Source: Halovivax sp. (lineage in GTDB: Archaea > Halobacteriota > Halobacteria > Halobacteriales > Natrialbaceae). Taken from it: DNA of 64,000 nucleotides. The translations under genes and the position numbers were made by a program. Positions 1 through 10,026 of the stretch are shown piece by piece. The stretch is from assembly GCF_007119345.1 (NCBI RefSeq), contig NZ_SKPV01000010.1; one strand, given 5' to 3'. The stretch's first letter is position 1. Every line of letters begins with the position of its first letter. The notes under the pieces are model-generated. The model did not search any database. It was not told the DNA's origin and saw only the letters and a list, made by a program, of their open reading frames with translations.

Positions 1-721
1 GGACGTTCACGCCGACCACGAGGGCGATCCAGCCCCCGACGCTCGCGAGGATCAGACGGTGCCACCGGTCGGGGACGGACCGGGCGTCGTCGTCCGCGAC
101 GTCGTGGCGCCGGTCGAACCGGGCGTGCACGATCGAGTTCTCGGATCGGCGTCGAGAACGGGCAGCGTCCGGTCCTTCGCAAGTCGGCCCGTCGTCGATC
201 GTCACCGGAGCGTACGACGCGAGCAGTTCGACGAGTTCCGCGTCCGCGATCAGGTCGGCGAGTGCCTGCGCGTCGAGGATCGTCACGCCCAGCTCGTCAG
301 CGAGTCGCCGGCTTCGACCCGGGACGTGACCCGTCGTGAGGAGGATCGGCTCGTCGATCTCGACGGAGACCTCCGCGACGGAGGAGATTCGGCGGACCGT
401 CTCGGCGTCGAGCGTCGCGTGTTCGCCGTACGGTGCGGTGACCAAAAGCGCGGATCGATCGTCGGATCCACCGGTCCTCGCGACTCCGGTCGGATCGTCG
501 TCCCCGAGCGGTTCGATCGGTTCCGTCTCCCAGCCCAGCGCCTCCCAGAGGGCGAGGGCGAAGCGATCGACCGTCGCGGCTTCCATCGCACGGAGGGCGT
601 CGACCGTACCTCCCCGCTCGACGGCCAGGTTCGGCGTCGAGACGAACGAGGTGCTCGCCGCCGACTCGGCCGGGCTGGGGTCCGTCGACCGCCGGAGGAG
701 CGCCGAGAGACGGTGACGCAT
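1..721 (-). CDS. Mrr-like (restriction endonuclease fold) membrane protein, degenerate active site; 3' end runs off the window
   Basis: Manual translation from ATG at 721: MRHRLSALL...LRAMEAATVDRFALALWEALGWETE...ILLTTGHVPGRSRRLADELGVTILDAQALADLI..., then hydrophobic WHRLILASVGGWIALVVGV. The pattern resembles the Mrr catalytic domain. Open to the window edge, so absent from the ORF track. Confidence 0.65.
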   Translation of the reverse strand, partial: MRHRLSALLRRSTDPSPAESAASTSFVSTPNLAVERGGTVDALRAMEAATVDRFALALWEALGWETEPIEPLGDDDPTGVARTGGSDDRSALLVTAPYGEHATLDAETVRRISSVAEVSVEIDEPILLTTGHVPGRSRRLADELGVTILDAQALADLIADAELVELLASYAPVTIDDGPTCEGPDAARSRRRSENSIVHARFDRRHDVADDDARSVPDRWHRLILASVGGWIALVVGVNV

Positions 722-844
722 GCCACCGCCTACGCGGGGAGCGATCATTATTGTCCCGGGGCCGCACGGACGTACGCCGCGGATCGCACTCCCGGACGTC
801 CCCCTCTCCCCTTATTTCATTCGCCGTGGTAGCGACCGGCGATC

Positions 845-1510
845 ATGGTAGTCGAGCACGGCGAACTCCGATTCGAGCGACTCGGGCACGCGAGTGTCCG
901 CATCGAGACGGGCGACGGTACCGTCATCTACCTCGACCCGTGGAGCGAGGTCCTGGACGGCGCACCCGACGACGGGGACCTCGTCTTCGTCACCCACGAC
1001 GACTTCGATCACTACGACCCGGACGGCATCGGAGCGATCGCGCGCGATGACGCCACGGTCGCCGTCTACGAAGCGGTGGACGCGAGCGAGCTCGCGTTCG
1101 ACGTCGTCGAGCTCCCGCACGAGGGCGAGCGGACGGTCGACGGTGTCGGCGTTCGATCGATTCCAGCGCACAACGACCCGTCGGGCGACCACGTCGACGA
1201 CGACGGCGATCCGTTCCACGACGAGGGCGAGGTGGTCGGGCTGGTTCTGACCGTCGACGGAACCGACGTCTATTACCCGTCCGACACGGACTTCCTCGAT
1301 CACCACGGGGACGTCGACGCGGACGTCTTCCTCCCACCGATCGGCGGCCATTACACGATGGATCGTCACGAGGCCGCCGACTTCGCGCGCGCCGTCGACG
1401 CCGACCTCGTGCTCCCGGTCCACTACGACACCTTCGAGGCCATCGAGACCGACGCCGAAGCGTTCCGCGAGGAGCTCGCGGCCGACGGGATCGCCGTCGA
1501 GCTCTTCTAG
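845..1510 (+). CDS. MBL-fold metallo-hydrolase (UPF0173-like)
   Basis: LGHASVRI, IYLDPW, THDDFDH, SDT, PIGGHYTM and PVHY motifs; acidic composition. Confidence 0.9.
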   Translation: MVVEHGELRFERLGHASVRIETGDGTVIYLDPWSEVLDGAPDDGDLVFVTHDDFDHYDPDGIGAIARDDATVAVYEAVDASELAFDVVELPHEGERTVDGVGVRSIPAHNDPSGDHVDDDGDPFHDEGEVVGLVLTVDGTDVYYPSDTDFLDHHGDVDADVFLPPIGGHYTMDRHEAADFARAVDADLVLPVHYDTFEAIETDAEAFREELAADGIAVELF

Positions 1511-1582
1511 TTTCACTTTCGATCCGGTTGGATCGCCCTTTTGCCCGATCGGGACGGGTATCCACACGATCCCCGTTCACCC

Positions 1583-1732
1583 ATGTCCAGCGAGCAATCC
1601 GTGGCAGGCGACTGTCCGCACTGTCGGGCGGCCGTCCCTCGATCGCGCGTCATCATCGAGTACGAAACCGACGCCGGACCCGGCGTCTACGCCGAGTGTC
1701 CCGAGTGCGAGGACGTCGTCGCGCCGACCTGA
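1583..1732 (+). CDS. small CPxC zinc-finger protein (49 aa)
   Basis: MSSEQSVAGDCPHC...YAECPECEDVVAPT; two CPxC motifs, typical haloarchaeal micro-protein. Confidence 0.8.
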   Translation: MSSEQSVAGDCPHCRAAVPRSRVIIEYETDAGPGVYAECPECEDVVAPT

Positions 1733-1807
1733 TCGAATCCGGTCCCCGCGTCCTCCCGCGTACTCGGCGACGCGGCGAAATAGACCGGCGGCGTCCGGGA
1801 GCGTCGA

Positions 1808-2395
1808 TCACCCGGCGTCGACGAGGCTCGCGTAGACGTTCTCCGCGTCGGCCGGGGTGTCGAAGTCGTGGAAGTTGTCGCCGCGCGCTTTCGTCAGCAC
1901 GTTGAGCGCCGCCGCGGCACCGTCCCCCGCGGAGATGACCGCCTGCCACTCCTCGGCTCGCACCATGGCGCCGGTCGCGTAGACGTTCTCGACCGACGTC
2001 TCCATCGTCACGTCGACGTCGACCACCTCGTCGTCGGTGAACCGACAGCCGAGCGACTCCGCGAGCGACCGATCCGCGCCCGTCGCGAGGACGACGTACG
2101 GCGCCTCGTACTCGCCGTCGTCGGTCCGAACGGTCGTCCCGCCCTCGCCTCGGTCGACGGCCTCGACCGTCTCGCCCTGGTGCCGGTCGACGTCGAAGGT
2201 ATCGACCTGGTTCCGGAGAATCTCCAGAAAGACCGACCCGTCGACGGACCCGATTCCCGGATAGTTGAAGAGGTGGGCCTTGTGCATCCACGTCCCGTCG
2301 GCGTCGAAGACGGTCGTCTCGAGACCGTTCTTCGCCGTGAACAGTGCAGCGGTGAGGCCGGCGGGACCGCCGCCGACGACGAGTACGTCGCTCAT
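1808..2395 (-). CDS. short NAD(P)/FAD-dependent oxidoreductase (thioredoxin reductase-like)
   Basis: MSDVLVVGGGPAGLTAA, NYPG, VLATG, METSVENVYATG and QAVISAGDG motifs; no CxxC or NADPH domain. Confidence 0.88.
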   Translation of the reverse strand: MSDVLVVGGGPAGLTAALFTAKNGLETTVFDADGTWMHKAHLFNYPGIGSVDGSVFLEILRNQVDTFDVDRHQGETVEAVDRGEGGTTVRTDDGEYEAPYVVLATGADRSLAESLGCRFTDDEVVDVDVTMETSVENVYATGAMVRAEEWQAVISAGDGAAAALNVLTKARGDNFHDFDTPADAENVYASLVDAG

Positions 2396-2490
2396 GAGCG
2401 GGCGTTCCACGACCCCCGTAAAAAGCGTGTGCGTCGGATCCCGTCGAACCGTCGCCCGGACGTCCGGGCCGACGGACCTGTCGGACCGAC

Positions 2491-3397
2491 TTACGACATC
2501 GCCTTCACCCAGCCGGGCGTGGCCGCCATCCCATCTTTGTCCTCCCAGCCGTGCGCGCGGAGGTACCCGTCGAGCTCCGTGAATTCGAAGCCGAACCGCT
2601 CCTCGAGCGCCTCGGGGTCCCCGTCGTAGCCGACCTCGTTGAACCACTCGCACATGACGGCGAACTCCTCGCCGAAATCGTCGAAGGCGTCCTCGACGGG
2701 GACGTGGTACGGCTCGACGTCGACACCCGTAACCGTCGAGAGCGCGTCAGCCGTCTCCGCCAGCGTCAGCTCGTCCCCCGCGAGTATCGAACCGCTCGCC
2801 GACGAAGTCCCCGGGATTCGCGACGGCCACTGCGGCGGCGCGACCGACGTCGTCGACGTCGACCATCTGGAGTGAAACGCCCGCCTCGAGCGGAAGGGCG
2901 ATCGTCCCGTCCAGAATATCCTCGGCGAACGCCTCGAGGTTCTGGAAGAAGAACACCGGTTGGAGTACGGTCATCGGGAGGTCGCGGTCGCGGGCGTGGC
3001 GCTCGATCTCCCGAGCCGAGTCGAAGTGGGGAACCCCGGTGTCCCGGTGATGACTCCCGACCCCGCTGAAGACGAACTGTTCGACGCCCTCCTCGGCCGC
3101 CACGTCGGCGAGATTCGTCCCCTGCTGGACCTGTCGCTCGTACCCCTGCGTCCAGAAGTTCGTCACCGCGAAGACGGCGTCGGCGTCGGCGACGTGCGGC
3201 CGCAGGGAGTCGGGTTCGTTCAGATCGCCCTCGACCATCGTCACGCCGCGGTCGGTCAGCGCGCTCGCCGCGTCGCTTCCACTATCACGCGTGAGCCCCC
3301 GCACGTCGAAAGACTCCTCGCGAGCGAGAAGGTGGTCGATCGCTGCCCCACCCTGGTTGCCGGTCGCCCCCGCGACGAGAACGGTCGTCGCCGTCAT
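2491..3397 (-). pseudogene. NmrA/HSCARG family protein with a +1 frameshift near 2786
   Basis: N-terminus VLVAGATGNQGGA...PHFDS. After GERF the NmrA-like sequence continues in another frame (ELAGDELTLAETADALSTVTGVDV...EWFNEVGY...AMS) to TAA at 2491-2493. Confidence 0.85.
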
Positions 3398-3462
3398 CAC
3401 GCCCACCCCTCGGTCGAGCCGTCCGATCGGGTTCCGAGCGAGACCGTCCCGCGGCGCACATT

Positions 3463-3504
3463 TGGTTTCATTGCGTTACCAGGTTCGGCACGGAATCTAT
3501 ATAT
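3463..3504. promoter_or_regulatory. candidate operator (TGGT-N11-ACCA inverted repeat) and TATA box between divergent nmrA and hxlR-like genes
   Basis: tggtttcattgcgttacca at 3463-3481; TATATAT at 3498-3504. Confidence 0.4.
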
Positions 3505-3539
3505 CTGCTCGGCGACAAGGGAGCCACCACGTAACGGCC

Positions 3540-3887
3540 ATGTCACGGAACTCTACCGCGGCTGAGACGAGCGTCGAGGAGCGCAATCCGGAAGCCTGTC
3601 CGGTGGTCGAGGCGGTCGAACAGATCGGATCCCAGTGGCGACTGCTGGTCCTCCACGACCTCCAGGACGGCGAGAAGCGGTTCAACGAGATCAAGCGATC
3701 GACGGGCGCCAACTCCCGGACGCTGTCGCGAGTGCTCGACGATCTCGGCGAAACCGGACTCGTCTCGCGTCGAGTCGAAGAGCAGCCGATCGCCAGCTAC
3801 TACAGCCTCACCGAGAAGGGCGAGGCGCTCTGCCCGGTACTGGAAGACATCGAGCGGTGGGCGACCGAGTGGATCGACGACACGTAG
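3540..3887 (+). CDS. HxlR/DUF24 family winged-helix transcriptional regulator
   Basis: CPVVEAVEQIGSQWRLLVLHDL...KRFNEI...SRTLSRVLDDL...YSLTEKG. Confidence 0.92.
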   Translation: MSRNSTAAETSVEERNPEACPVVEAVEQIGSQWRLLVLHDLQDGEKRFNEIKRSTGANSRTLSRVLDDLGETGLVSRRVEEQPIASYYSLTEKGEALCPVLEDIERWATEWIDDT

Positions 3888-4105
3888 CGACGCATCGGCC
3901 GCCCAAACCGCGCGTACACCGGTGAATCCGGTTCGTAGGCATCGGGACCGCCTCAGGATACACGAAACTGGAGAGCTGCAAGCGATCGCTTCCGTTCGGG
4001 TTACCGGTCCGAGTCCGCGGAGTGACCGCCGTCACCGCCCTCGAGACCCTCCGCTTTGTTGTAATTCTGTGAACAGTATAAGCCGCTCCGCGGACTACTG
4101 GGCGT

Positions 4106-5173
4106 ATGAGATCGCCACACGCTCACCGCTTCGCGGTGTGGATCCTCGTCGTTACCCTCGCTCTCGCACTCGTGCCGGGAGTTGCGATCGCCGAGACCGG
4201 CGTGGGCGGGACTGTCGTCGTGGAAGAGGGAGAAACCGTCTCCGAGGTAAGCGCCGTCGCCGGGAGCGTGATCGTCGAGGGGACCGTCACGGGGGACGTC
4301 TCCGCGCTCGCCGGGAACGTCCACGTCGACGGAACGGTGGAGGGCGACCTCGACGTCGCCGCCGGCAACGTCCGCATCGCCGGTACGGTCGACGGCGACG
4401 TCTCGACCGGGGCCGGGAACGTCCACGTCGAGGACGGTGGGGAAGTGGGCGGCACCTTCGACGTCGGCGCAGCGAACGTCCTGATCGACGGCAGCATCGA
4501 CGGCGACGCCACGGTCGGGGCGGACACGATCCGCCTCGGTGACGACGCCGCGCTCGGCGGTTCGTTGACCTACGACGGCTCGCTCGAGGGCAACACTGAC
4601 GCGGTTGCCGGCGACGTCACTCACGATTCGACGCTCGGTGTCGGACTCGTCGGCGACGTCCAGCCGCTGGCGTCGTGGCTCTTCGCCGTCTACGCGTTCG
4701 CGCTCAATCTCCTCCTCGGAGCGCTCCTGTTGGCGCTGTTCCCGCGGTTCTCCACGGCGGTCGGCGACCGAGTCGCGGCCGATCCGGTGAGGACCGGGGC
4801 TATCGGGCTGGCCGTGCTCGTCGGCGTGCCGATCCTGCTGATCGCGCTCGCGATCACCGTGATCGGCATCCCCGTCACGATCGTCGGCGCGCTGGCGTTC
4901 GCCATCGTCGTCTGGATCGCCCTCGTCTACGGTCGGTTCGCGGTCGGTTCGTGGTTGCTGTCGTACGCCGACGTCGAGAACCGGTGGCTGGCGCTGTTCG
5001 TCGGCTTGCTCGTCGGATCGGTGCTCGCGCAACTCCCCTGGGTGGGCGGATTGGCCAACTTCGTGATCCTCCTGCTCGGGCTCGGATCGCTGTCGGCCGG
5101 GCTCTACGTCCACCGCAAGCGAAGCCGACCGGTTCCGACGGCCGCAGGGCCCGGCGAACCCGCCTCGGATTAA
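4106..5173 (+). CDS. bactofilin-like (polymer-forming cytoskeletal) beta-helix protein with signal peptide and C-terminal multi-pass membrane domain
   Basis: Hydrophobic N-terminus; repeats of G[NS]Vx[IV]xGTVxGD; about 6 hydrophobic helices at the C-terminus. Confidence 0.85.
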   Translation: MRSPHAHRFAVWILVVTLALALVPGVAIAETGVGGTVVVEEGETVSEVSAVAGSVIVEGTVTGDVSALAGNVHVDGTVEGDLDVAAGNVRIAGTVDGDVSTGAGNVHVEDGGEVGGTFDVGAANVLIDGSIDGDATVGADTIRLGDDAALGGSLTYDGSLEGNTDAVAGDVTHDSTLGVGLVGDVQPLASWLFAVYAFALNLLLGALLLALFPRFSTAVGDRVAADPVRTGAIGLAVLVGVPILLIALAITVIGIPVTIVGALAFAIVVWIALVYGRFAVGSWLLSYADVENRWLALFVGLLVGSVLAQLPWVGGLANFVILLLGLGSLSAGLYVHRKRSRPVPTAAGPGEPASD

Positions 5174-5304
5174 TTCGCCGACCGGTTCCGCCCGGATGGG
5201 ACGTCGAAGATCTTCCCAGCGTCGTCGGTCTCGGGGCAGTCGGCGCGTCGACTCGCTACTCTCGGGGCGGACCTGCACCGACTCGCTAACGAAGCAGGCC
5301 CCGA

Positions 5305-5739
5305 TCACCGACCGGCTCCGTCGCTCGACGGACACCGAACGACGAACGCCAGCTCGTCGTCCTCCAGAACCACCAGCAGCCTGTCGCCTTCCTCCACGTC
5401 CGGCAGCTCCTCTCGCGGTTCGACCAGCTCGTCGTAGACGCCGTCCTCGTCCTGCAGGAGTATCACGACGTGGCGGCCGTCGACGATCCGGTCGACGACG
5501 CCCTCGTGGAGTTCGAAGCGGTCGGGAAGCGCGACCGCCACCTCCTCGGGATCCCGGCTTCCGCGTCGGTCGACGGCCGCTTCGAGCGCGTCCCGATCGA
5601 CGGTCTCGAGAGCGGTTCGCTTCTCTTCGGAATCGACCGCCGACGCAGCAGCGGCGCCGGTGAGCGCCGCACCGGCGAGGCCGAGCGACGCGATCGTCTT
5701 GCAGACGGTTCGACGGGTCGTGTGGATTTCGTCCCGCAT
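5305..5739 (-). CDS. DUF3006-like protein with Tat-type signal peptide
   Basis: TTRRTVCK followed by a hydrophobic stretch; GVVDRIVDGRHVVILL...ELPDVEEGDRL. Confidence 0.7.
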   Translation of the reverse strand: MRDEIHTTRRTVCKTIASLGLAGAALTGAAAASAVDSEEKRTALETVDRDALEAAVDRRGSRDPEEVAVALPDRFELHEGVVDRIVDGRHVVILLQDEDGVYDELVEPREELPDVEEGDRLLVVLEDDELAFVVRCPSSDGAGR

Positions 5740-5873
5740 GGCGTGGCCTGGCCGCGTTTCCCGGTATAAATGGCAGGAATGTCAGTTCCGATATGGTCTG
5801 CTGTCGCACGCACCGTCGAATCCGCCCCGAACCGTCCGCACGTTTAATTGTGTCCACGACACAGGGACGGAAC

Positions 5874-8800
5874 ATGGCGACGGAGGGTGGCCCGGCGGAG
5901 GACGCCAGAGCGACGTACGATTACGCGAGCGACGACGGCGAGCGGCCCGGACTGGCCGCCGACCTCGCGGCGCGCGTGGACGGGGAGGTTCGGATGGACA
6001 GTTACTCGCGCTCGCTGTATGCGACCGACGCGAGCCCCTACGAGGTGACGCCGATCGGCGTGGTCTTCCCGCGATCGGGCGGAGACGTCGCCGCCGTAAT
6101 GGACTACTGTGGGGAGCGAGAGATCCCCGTCCTCCCGCGCGGGGGCGGGACGAGCCTGGCCGGGCAGACGGTCAATCGCGCCGTCGTCCTCGACTTCAGC
6201 CGCCACATGAACGACGTGATCGACGTCGATCCCGACGCGCGGACCGCCACCGTCCAGTCGGGGACGATCCTGGGAACCCTCAACGAACGACTCGCACCCC
6301 ACGGACTCAAGTTCGCACCGGATCCCGCCTGGGGCGACAAGAGCGCGATCGGCGGCGCGATCGGCAACAACTCGACGGGCGCCCACTCGCTGCAGTACGG
6401 GAAGACCGACGCGTACGTCGAGGAGTGCGAGGTGGTGCTGGCGGACGGCACCGTGACCCGATTCGGCGATATCGAGGTGTCGGAACTGGAAGACCGGGGC
6501 GATCCCGACGGCGACCTCGAAGCGCGGATCTACGCAGAAGTCGCGCGGATCCTCGAGGAAGACGCCGACGCCATCGACGAGGCCTACCCGGATTTGAAGC
6601 GCAACGTCTCCGGGTACAACCTCGACCGGCTCGTGGCCGAGGCCCGTGGCGAACGACTCCCGGGCGGGGAAGCGACCGGCGAGGCGGGAAGGATCAACCT
6701 CGCCCGACTGCTCGCCGGCAGCGAGGGGACCCTCGCGATCGTCACCGAAGCGACCGTCTCGCTCGAGCCGATCCCCGAGACGAAGTCGGTCGCGCTGCTG
6801 TGCTACCGGGACCTGCACGACGCGATGGCGGACGTCGCGCCGATCCTCGACCACGATCCCGCGGCCGTCGAGGTGCTCGACGACGTACTGCTCGACCTCG
6901 CCCGCGGAACCGCCGAGTTCGGCCCCGTCGCGGCGCGACTGCCCGAGGGGACGAACGCGACGCTGCTCGTGGAGTTCTACGCCGAGGACGACGCCGAACG
7001 ACGGGCGAAGGTCGCCGGGCTGCTCGCCGACCGCTGTCCGACCGTGAAGCCGGTGGCGTCGCCACCCGGCGGGGCGCCCGAATCCTCCGCGGCGGCGACG
7101 GCGATCGACGCGCTCGAAGCCTACGAACGGGCCGACCGGACGTCGCTGTGGAAGCTCCGAAAGTCCGGCCTGCCGATCTTGCTCTCCCGGACGACCGACG
7201 AGAAGCACATCTCGTTCATCGAGGACACGGCGGTCCCGCCGGATCGACTCCCCGAGTTCGTCGAGGCGTTCGAATCCATCCTCGAGTCCTACGACACCTA
7301 CGCCACCTTCTACGCGCACGCCGGACCGGGCGTCCTGCACGTTCGCCCGCTGGTGAACACGAAGACCGAGTTCGGCCTCGACCAACTCCACGGGATCGCC
7401 GACGAGGTGACGGATCTCGTCGTCGAGATGGGCGGGGCGGTCTCGGGCGAGCACGGCGACGGGCGAGCGCGAACGATGTGGAATCGGAAACTGTACGGCG
7501 AGCGCGTCTGGGAGACATTCCTGGGCCTGAAGACGGCGTTCGACCCCGAATGGCTGCTCAACCCCGGTCAGGTGTGCGGGCTCGACGCCGCGGACATTCC
7601 CGACGGCGGACCGGCCCGGGGGGCGACGGTCGAATTGCGTGAGGACCTTCGATTCGACCCGGACTACGAGTTCGAAAGCGGCTTCAGGCCGGAACTGGCC
7701 TGGGAGAACGATAACGGCTTTCAGGGGATGGTCGAGCTCTGTCACGGCTGCGGCGGGTGTCGGGGCGAGCAGTCCACCACGGGCGGCGTGATGTGTCCGA
7801 CGTTCCGCGCGAGCCGGGAGGAGATCACGAGCACGCGCGGCCGCGCGAACGCGCTCCGGCGGGCGATGAGCGGCGAGCTGCCGTCCGAGGAGGCCTTTTC
7901 CGACGAGTTCGTCCGGGAGGTGATGGACCTCTGCATCGGCTGCAAGGGTTGCGCCGTGGACTGCCCGAGCGAGGTCGACATGGCGAAGCTCAAGGCGGAG
8001 GTCACCCACGAGTACCATCGGCGCAACGGCGCCTCGGTGCGGGACCACCTCTTCGCCCGCGTGCACGAGCTCTCGAAGTGGGGAAGCCGACTCGCCCCCC
8101 TCTCGAACGCCCTGCCGAGGATTCCCGGGTCGAGATGGGTGCTCGAGCGAACCGTCGGGATCGCCGCCGACCGACCGCTCCCGACGTTTCACCGCCGGAC
8201 GTTCCGAACCTGGTTCGAGGATCGACCGCGGCGGGTCGCGTCTCCCGACTGGGGCCGGAAGGCGATCCTCTACCCCGACACGTTCACGAACTACTCGAAC
8301 CCCGACGCCGGCCGGGCGGCCGTTCGGGTCCTCGAAGCCGCGGGCGTCCGCCTGGCGGTACCGCCCGCGCTCGGCGACACCGGCCGACCGGCGTTCTCGA
8401 AGGGATTTCTCGACCTGGCACGCGACCGGGCCCGCGAAAACGTCCGGACGCTCGCGCCGCTCGTCGAGGACGGGTGGGACGTCGTGGTGATCGAGCCCTC
8501 CGACGCCGTCATGTTGCAGTCCGACTATCGCGACCTGTTCCCGGGCGAGGAGACGGATCGACTCGCCGACGCCACCTACGCCGTCTGCGAGTACCTCGAC
8601 CGTTTCGACCTCGATCGCGAAGTCGCCGTCGAACCGGCCGCGCCGACGGCGCTGACCTACCACGGCCACTGCCACCAGAAGGCCGGCAAGGCCGACGGTC
8701 ACGCGGTCGCGGTACTCCGACGGGCGGGCTACGAGGTCGACCGACTCGACTCCGGCTGCTGCGGGATGGCCGGCAGCTTCGGCTACGAGGCCGAACACGC

Positions 8801-8984
8801 CTCGATGAGCGACGCGATCGCGTCCGTCCTCTTCGAGCAGGTGAGCGAGAGTGCCGGCGAGCGGGTCGTCGCACCGGGTGCCTCCTGTCGGACGCAGCTC
8901 GAGACGCGACCGACGGGGGACTCGCCGCCGACCCCGATCGAGGTCCTGGCCGAGGGCCTCGAGGCGGCGTCGACCGAACGCTGA
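5874..8984 (+). CDS. FAD-binding and Fe-S-binding oxidoreductase (D-lactate/glycolate dehydrogenase-like, GlcD+GlcF fusion)
   Basis: PRGGGTSLAGQ, GSEGTL, GEHGDG, CHGCGGC, CIGCKGCAVDCP and CCGMAGSFG motifs. Confidence 0.92.
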   Translation: MATEGGPAEDARATYDYASDDGERPGLAADLAARVDGEVRMDSYSRSLYATDASPYEVTPIGVVFPRSGGDVAAVMDYCGEREIPVLPRGGGTSLAGQTVNRAVVLDFSRHMNDVIDVDPDARTATVQSGTILGTLNERLAPHGLKFAPDPAWGDKSAIGGAIGNNSTGAHSLQYGKTDAYVEECEVVLADGTVTRFGDIEVSELEDRGDPDGDLEARIYAEVARILEEDADAIDEAYPDLKRNVSGYNLDRLVAEARGERLPGGEATGEAGRINLARLLAGSEGTLAIVTEATVSLEPIPETKSVALLCYRDLHDAMADVAPILDHDPAAVEVLDDVLLDLARGTAEFGPVAARLPEGTNATLLVEFYAEDDAERRAKVAGLLADRCPTVKPVASPPGGAPESSAAATAIDALEAYERADRTSLWKLRKSGLPILLSRTTDEKHISFIEDTAVPPDRLPEFVEAFESILESYDTYATFYAHAGPGVLHVRPLVNTKTEFGLDQLHGIADEVTDLVVEMGGAVSGEHGDGRARTMWNRKLYGERVWETFLGLKTAFDPEWLLNPGQVCGLDAADIPDGGPARGATVELREDLRFDPDYEFESGFRPELAWENDNGFQGMVELCHGCGGCRGEQSTTGGVMCPTFRASREEITSTRGRANALRRAMSGELPSEEAFSDEFVREVMDLCIGCKGCAVDCPSEVDMAKLKAEVTHEYHRRNGASVRDHLFARVHELSKWGSRLAPLSNALPRIPGSRWVLERTVGIAADRPLPTFHRRTFRTWFEDRPRRVASPDWGRKAILYPDTFTNYSNPDAGRAAVRVLEAAGVRLAVPPALGDTGRPAFSKGFLDLARDRARENVRTLAPLVEDGWDVVVIEPSDAVMLQSDYRDLFPGEETDRLADATYAVCEYLDRFDLDREVAVEPAAPTALTYHGHCHQKAGKADGHAVAVLRRAGYEVDRLDSGCCGMAGSFGYEAEHASMSDAIASVLFEQVSESAGERVVAPGASCRTQLETRPTGDSPPTPIEVLAEGLEAASTER

Positions 8985-9057
8985 TCGCCCGACGTCGCCG
9001 CGGCGAGCCCGAAAGCAAGGGCAAGAGACTTACTCCACCGGAGTGAAGCGGGGTGAC

Positions 9058-10026
9058 ATGAAAGCCGTCGTGCTCGCCGGCGGGTACGCGACGCGGTTGT
9101 GGCCGATCACGAAGCATCGGCCGAAGATGTTCCTCCCGGTGGGCGAATCGACCGTCGTCGACCGGATCTTCGCGGAGCTAGAGCGGGACGACCGCATCGA
9201 CGAGGTGTTCGTCAGCACCAACGAGCGGTTCGCTCCCGACTTCGAGGCGCACCTCGCCGAGGCCGACTACGAGAAACCGCGGCTCTCGGTCGAGGAGACG
9301 ACCGGGGAGGACGACAAGTTCGGCGTCGTCGGAGCGCTGGCCCAGTTGATCGACCGGGAGGGCGTCGACGACGACCTCCTCGTGATCGCCGGCGACAACC
9401 TCATCAGCTTCGCGGTCGCCGACTTCCTCGACTACTTCGAATCGCGCGAGGCGCCGACGCTCGCCGCCTACGACGTCGGGTCCCGGGAGAAAGCGAAGGC
9501 GTACGGGCTCGTCGAACTCGAGGGGGACCGGGTCGTCGACTTCCAGGAGAAACCGGACGATCCGAAGAGCACCCTCGTCTCCATCGCCTGTTACGCCTTC
9601 CCGCGTGATACCCTCTCGTTGCTCTCGATGTACCTCTCGGAGGGGAACAACCCGGACGAGCCGGGCTGGTTCGTCCAGTGGCTCCAGGAACGCGAACCGA
9701 CCTACGCCTACCCCTTCGAGGAGGCGTGGTTCGACATCGGCACGCCCGAGAGCTACCTCGACGCCGTCGCCTGGCACCTCGACGGCGAGTCGCTGGTCGA
9801 CGAGAGCGCGACACTCGAGGGGGCGTCCATCGGCGAGAACGTCCACGTGATGGGCGACGCCGAGATCGTGAACACGAACCTCGATCACGCGATCGTCTTC
9901 TCGAACGTGACACTCAGAAACGTCGACATTCGTCGCTCGATCATCGACGAGGACACGCTCCTCGAAGACATCGATCTGGCGGGGGCGCTGATCGGCGCTC
10001 ACACGCAGATCTCGACGAACGAGTGA
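9058..10026 (+). CDS. sugar-phosphate nucleotidyltransferase (NDP-sugar synthase)
   Basis: MKAVVLAGGYATRLWPIT...PK, AGDN, FQEKP, WFDIGT; C-terminal hexapeptide-like region. Confidence 0.93.
   Translation: MKAVVLAGGYATRLWPITKHRPKMFLPVGESTVVDRIFAELERDDRIDEVFVSTNERFAPDFEAHLAEADYEKPRLSVEETTGEDDKFGVVGALAQLIDREGVDDDLLVIAGDNLISFAVADFLDYFESREAPTLAAYDVGSREKAKAYGLVELEGDRVVDFQEKPDDPKSTLVSIACYAFPRDTLSLLSMYLSEGNNPDEPGWFVQWLQEREPTYAYPFEEAWFDIGTPESYLDAVAWHLDGESLVDESATLEGASIGENVHVMGDAEIVNTNLDHAIVFSNVTLRNVDIRRSIIDEDTLLEDIDLAGALIGAHTQISTNE

Noticed and set aside
5844..8798. Long antisense or alternate-frame ORFs (for example 5844-8798, 25838-27709, 43840-45441, 27234-29033)
   Set aside because: Shadow ORFs of high-GC genes; Arg/Gly/Val-rich, no motifs, opposite well-supported genes
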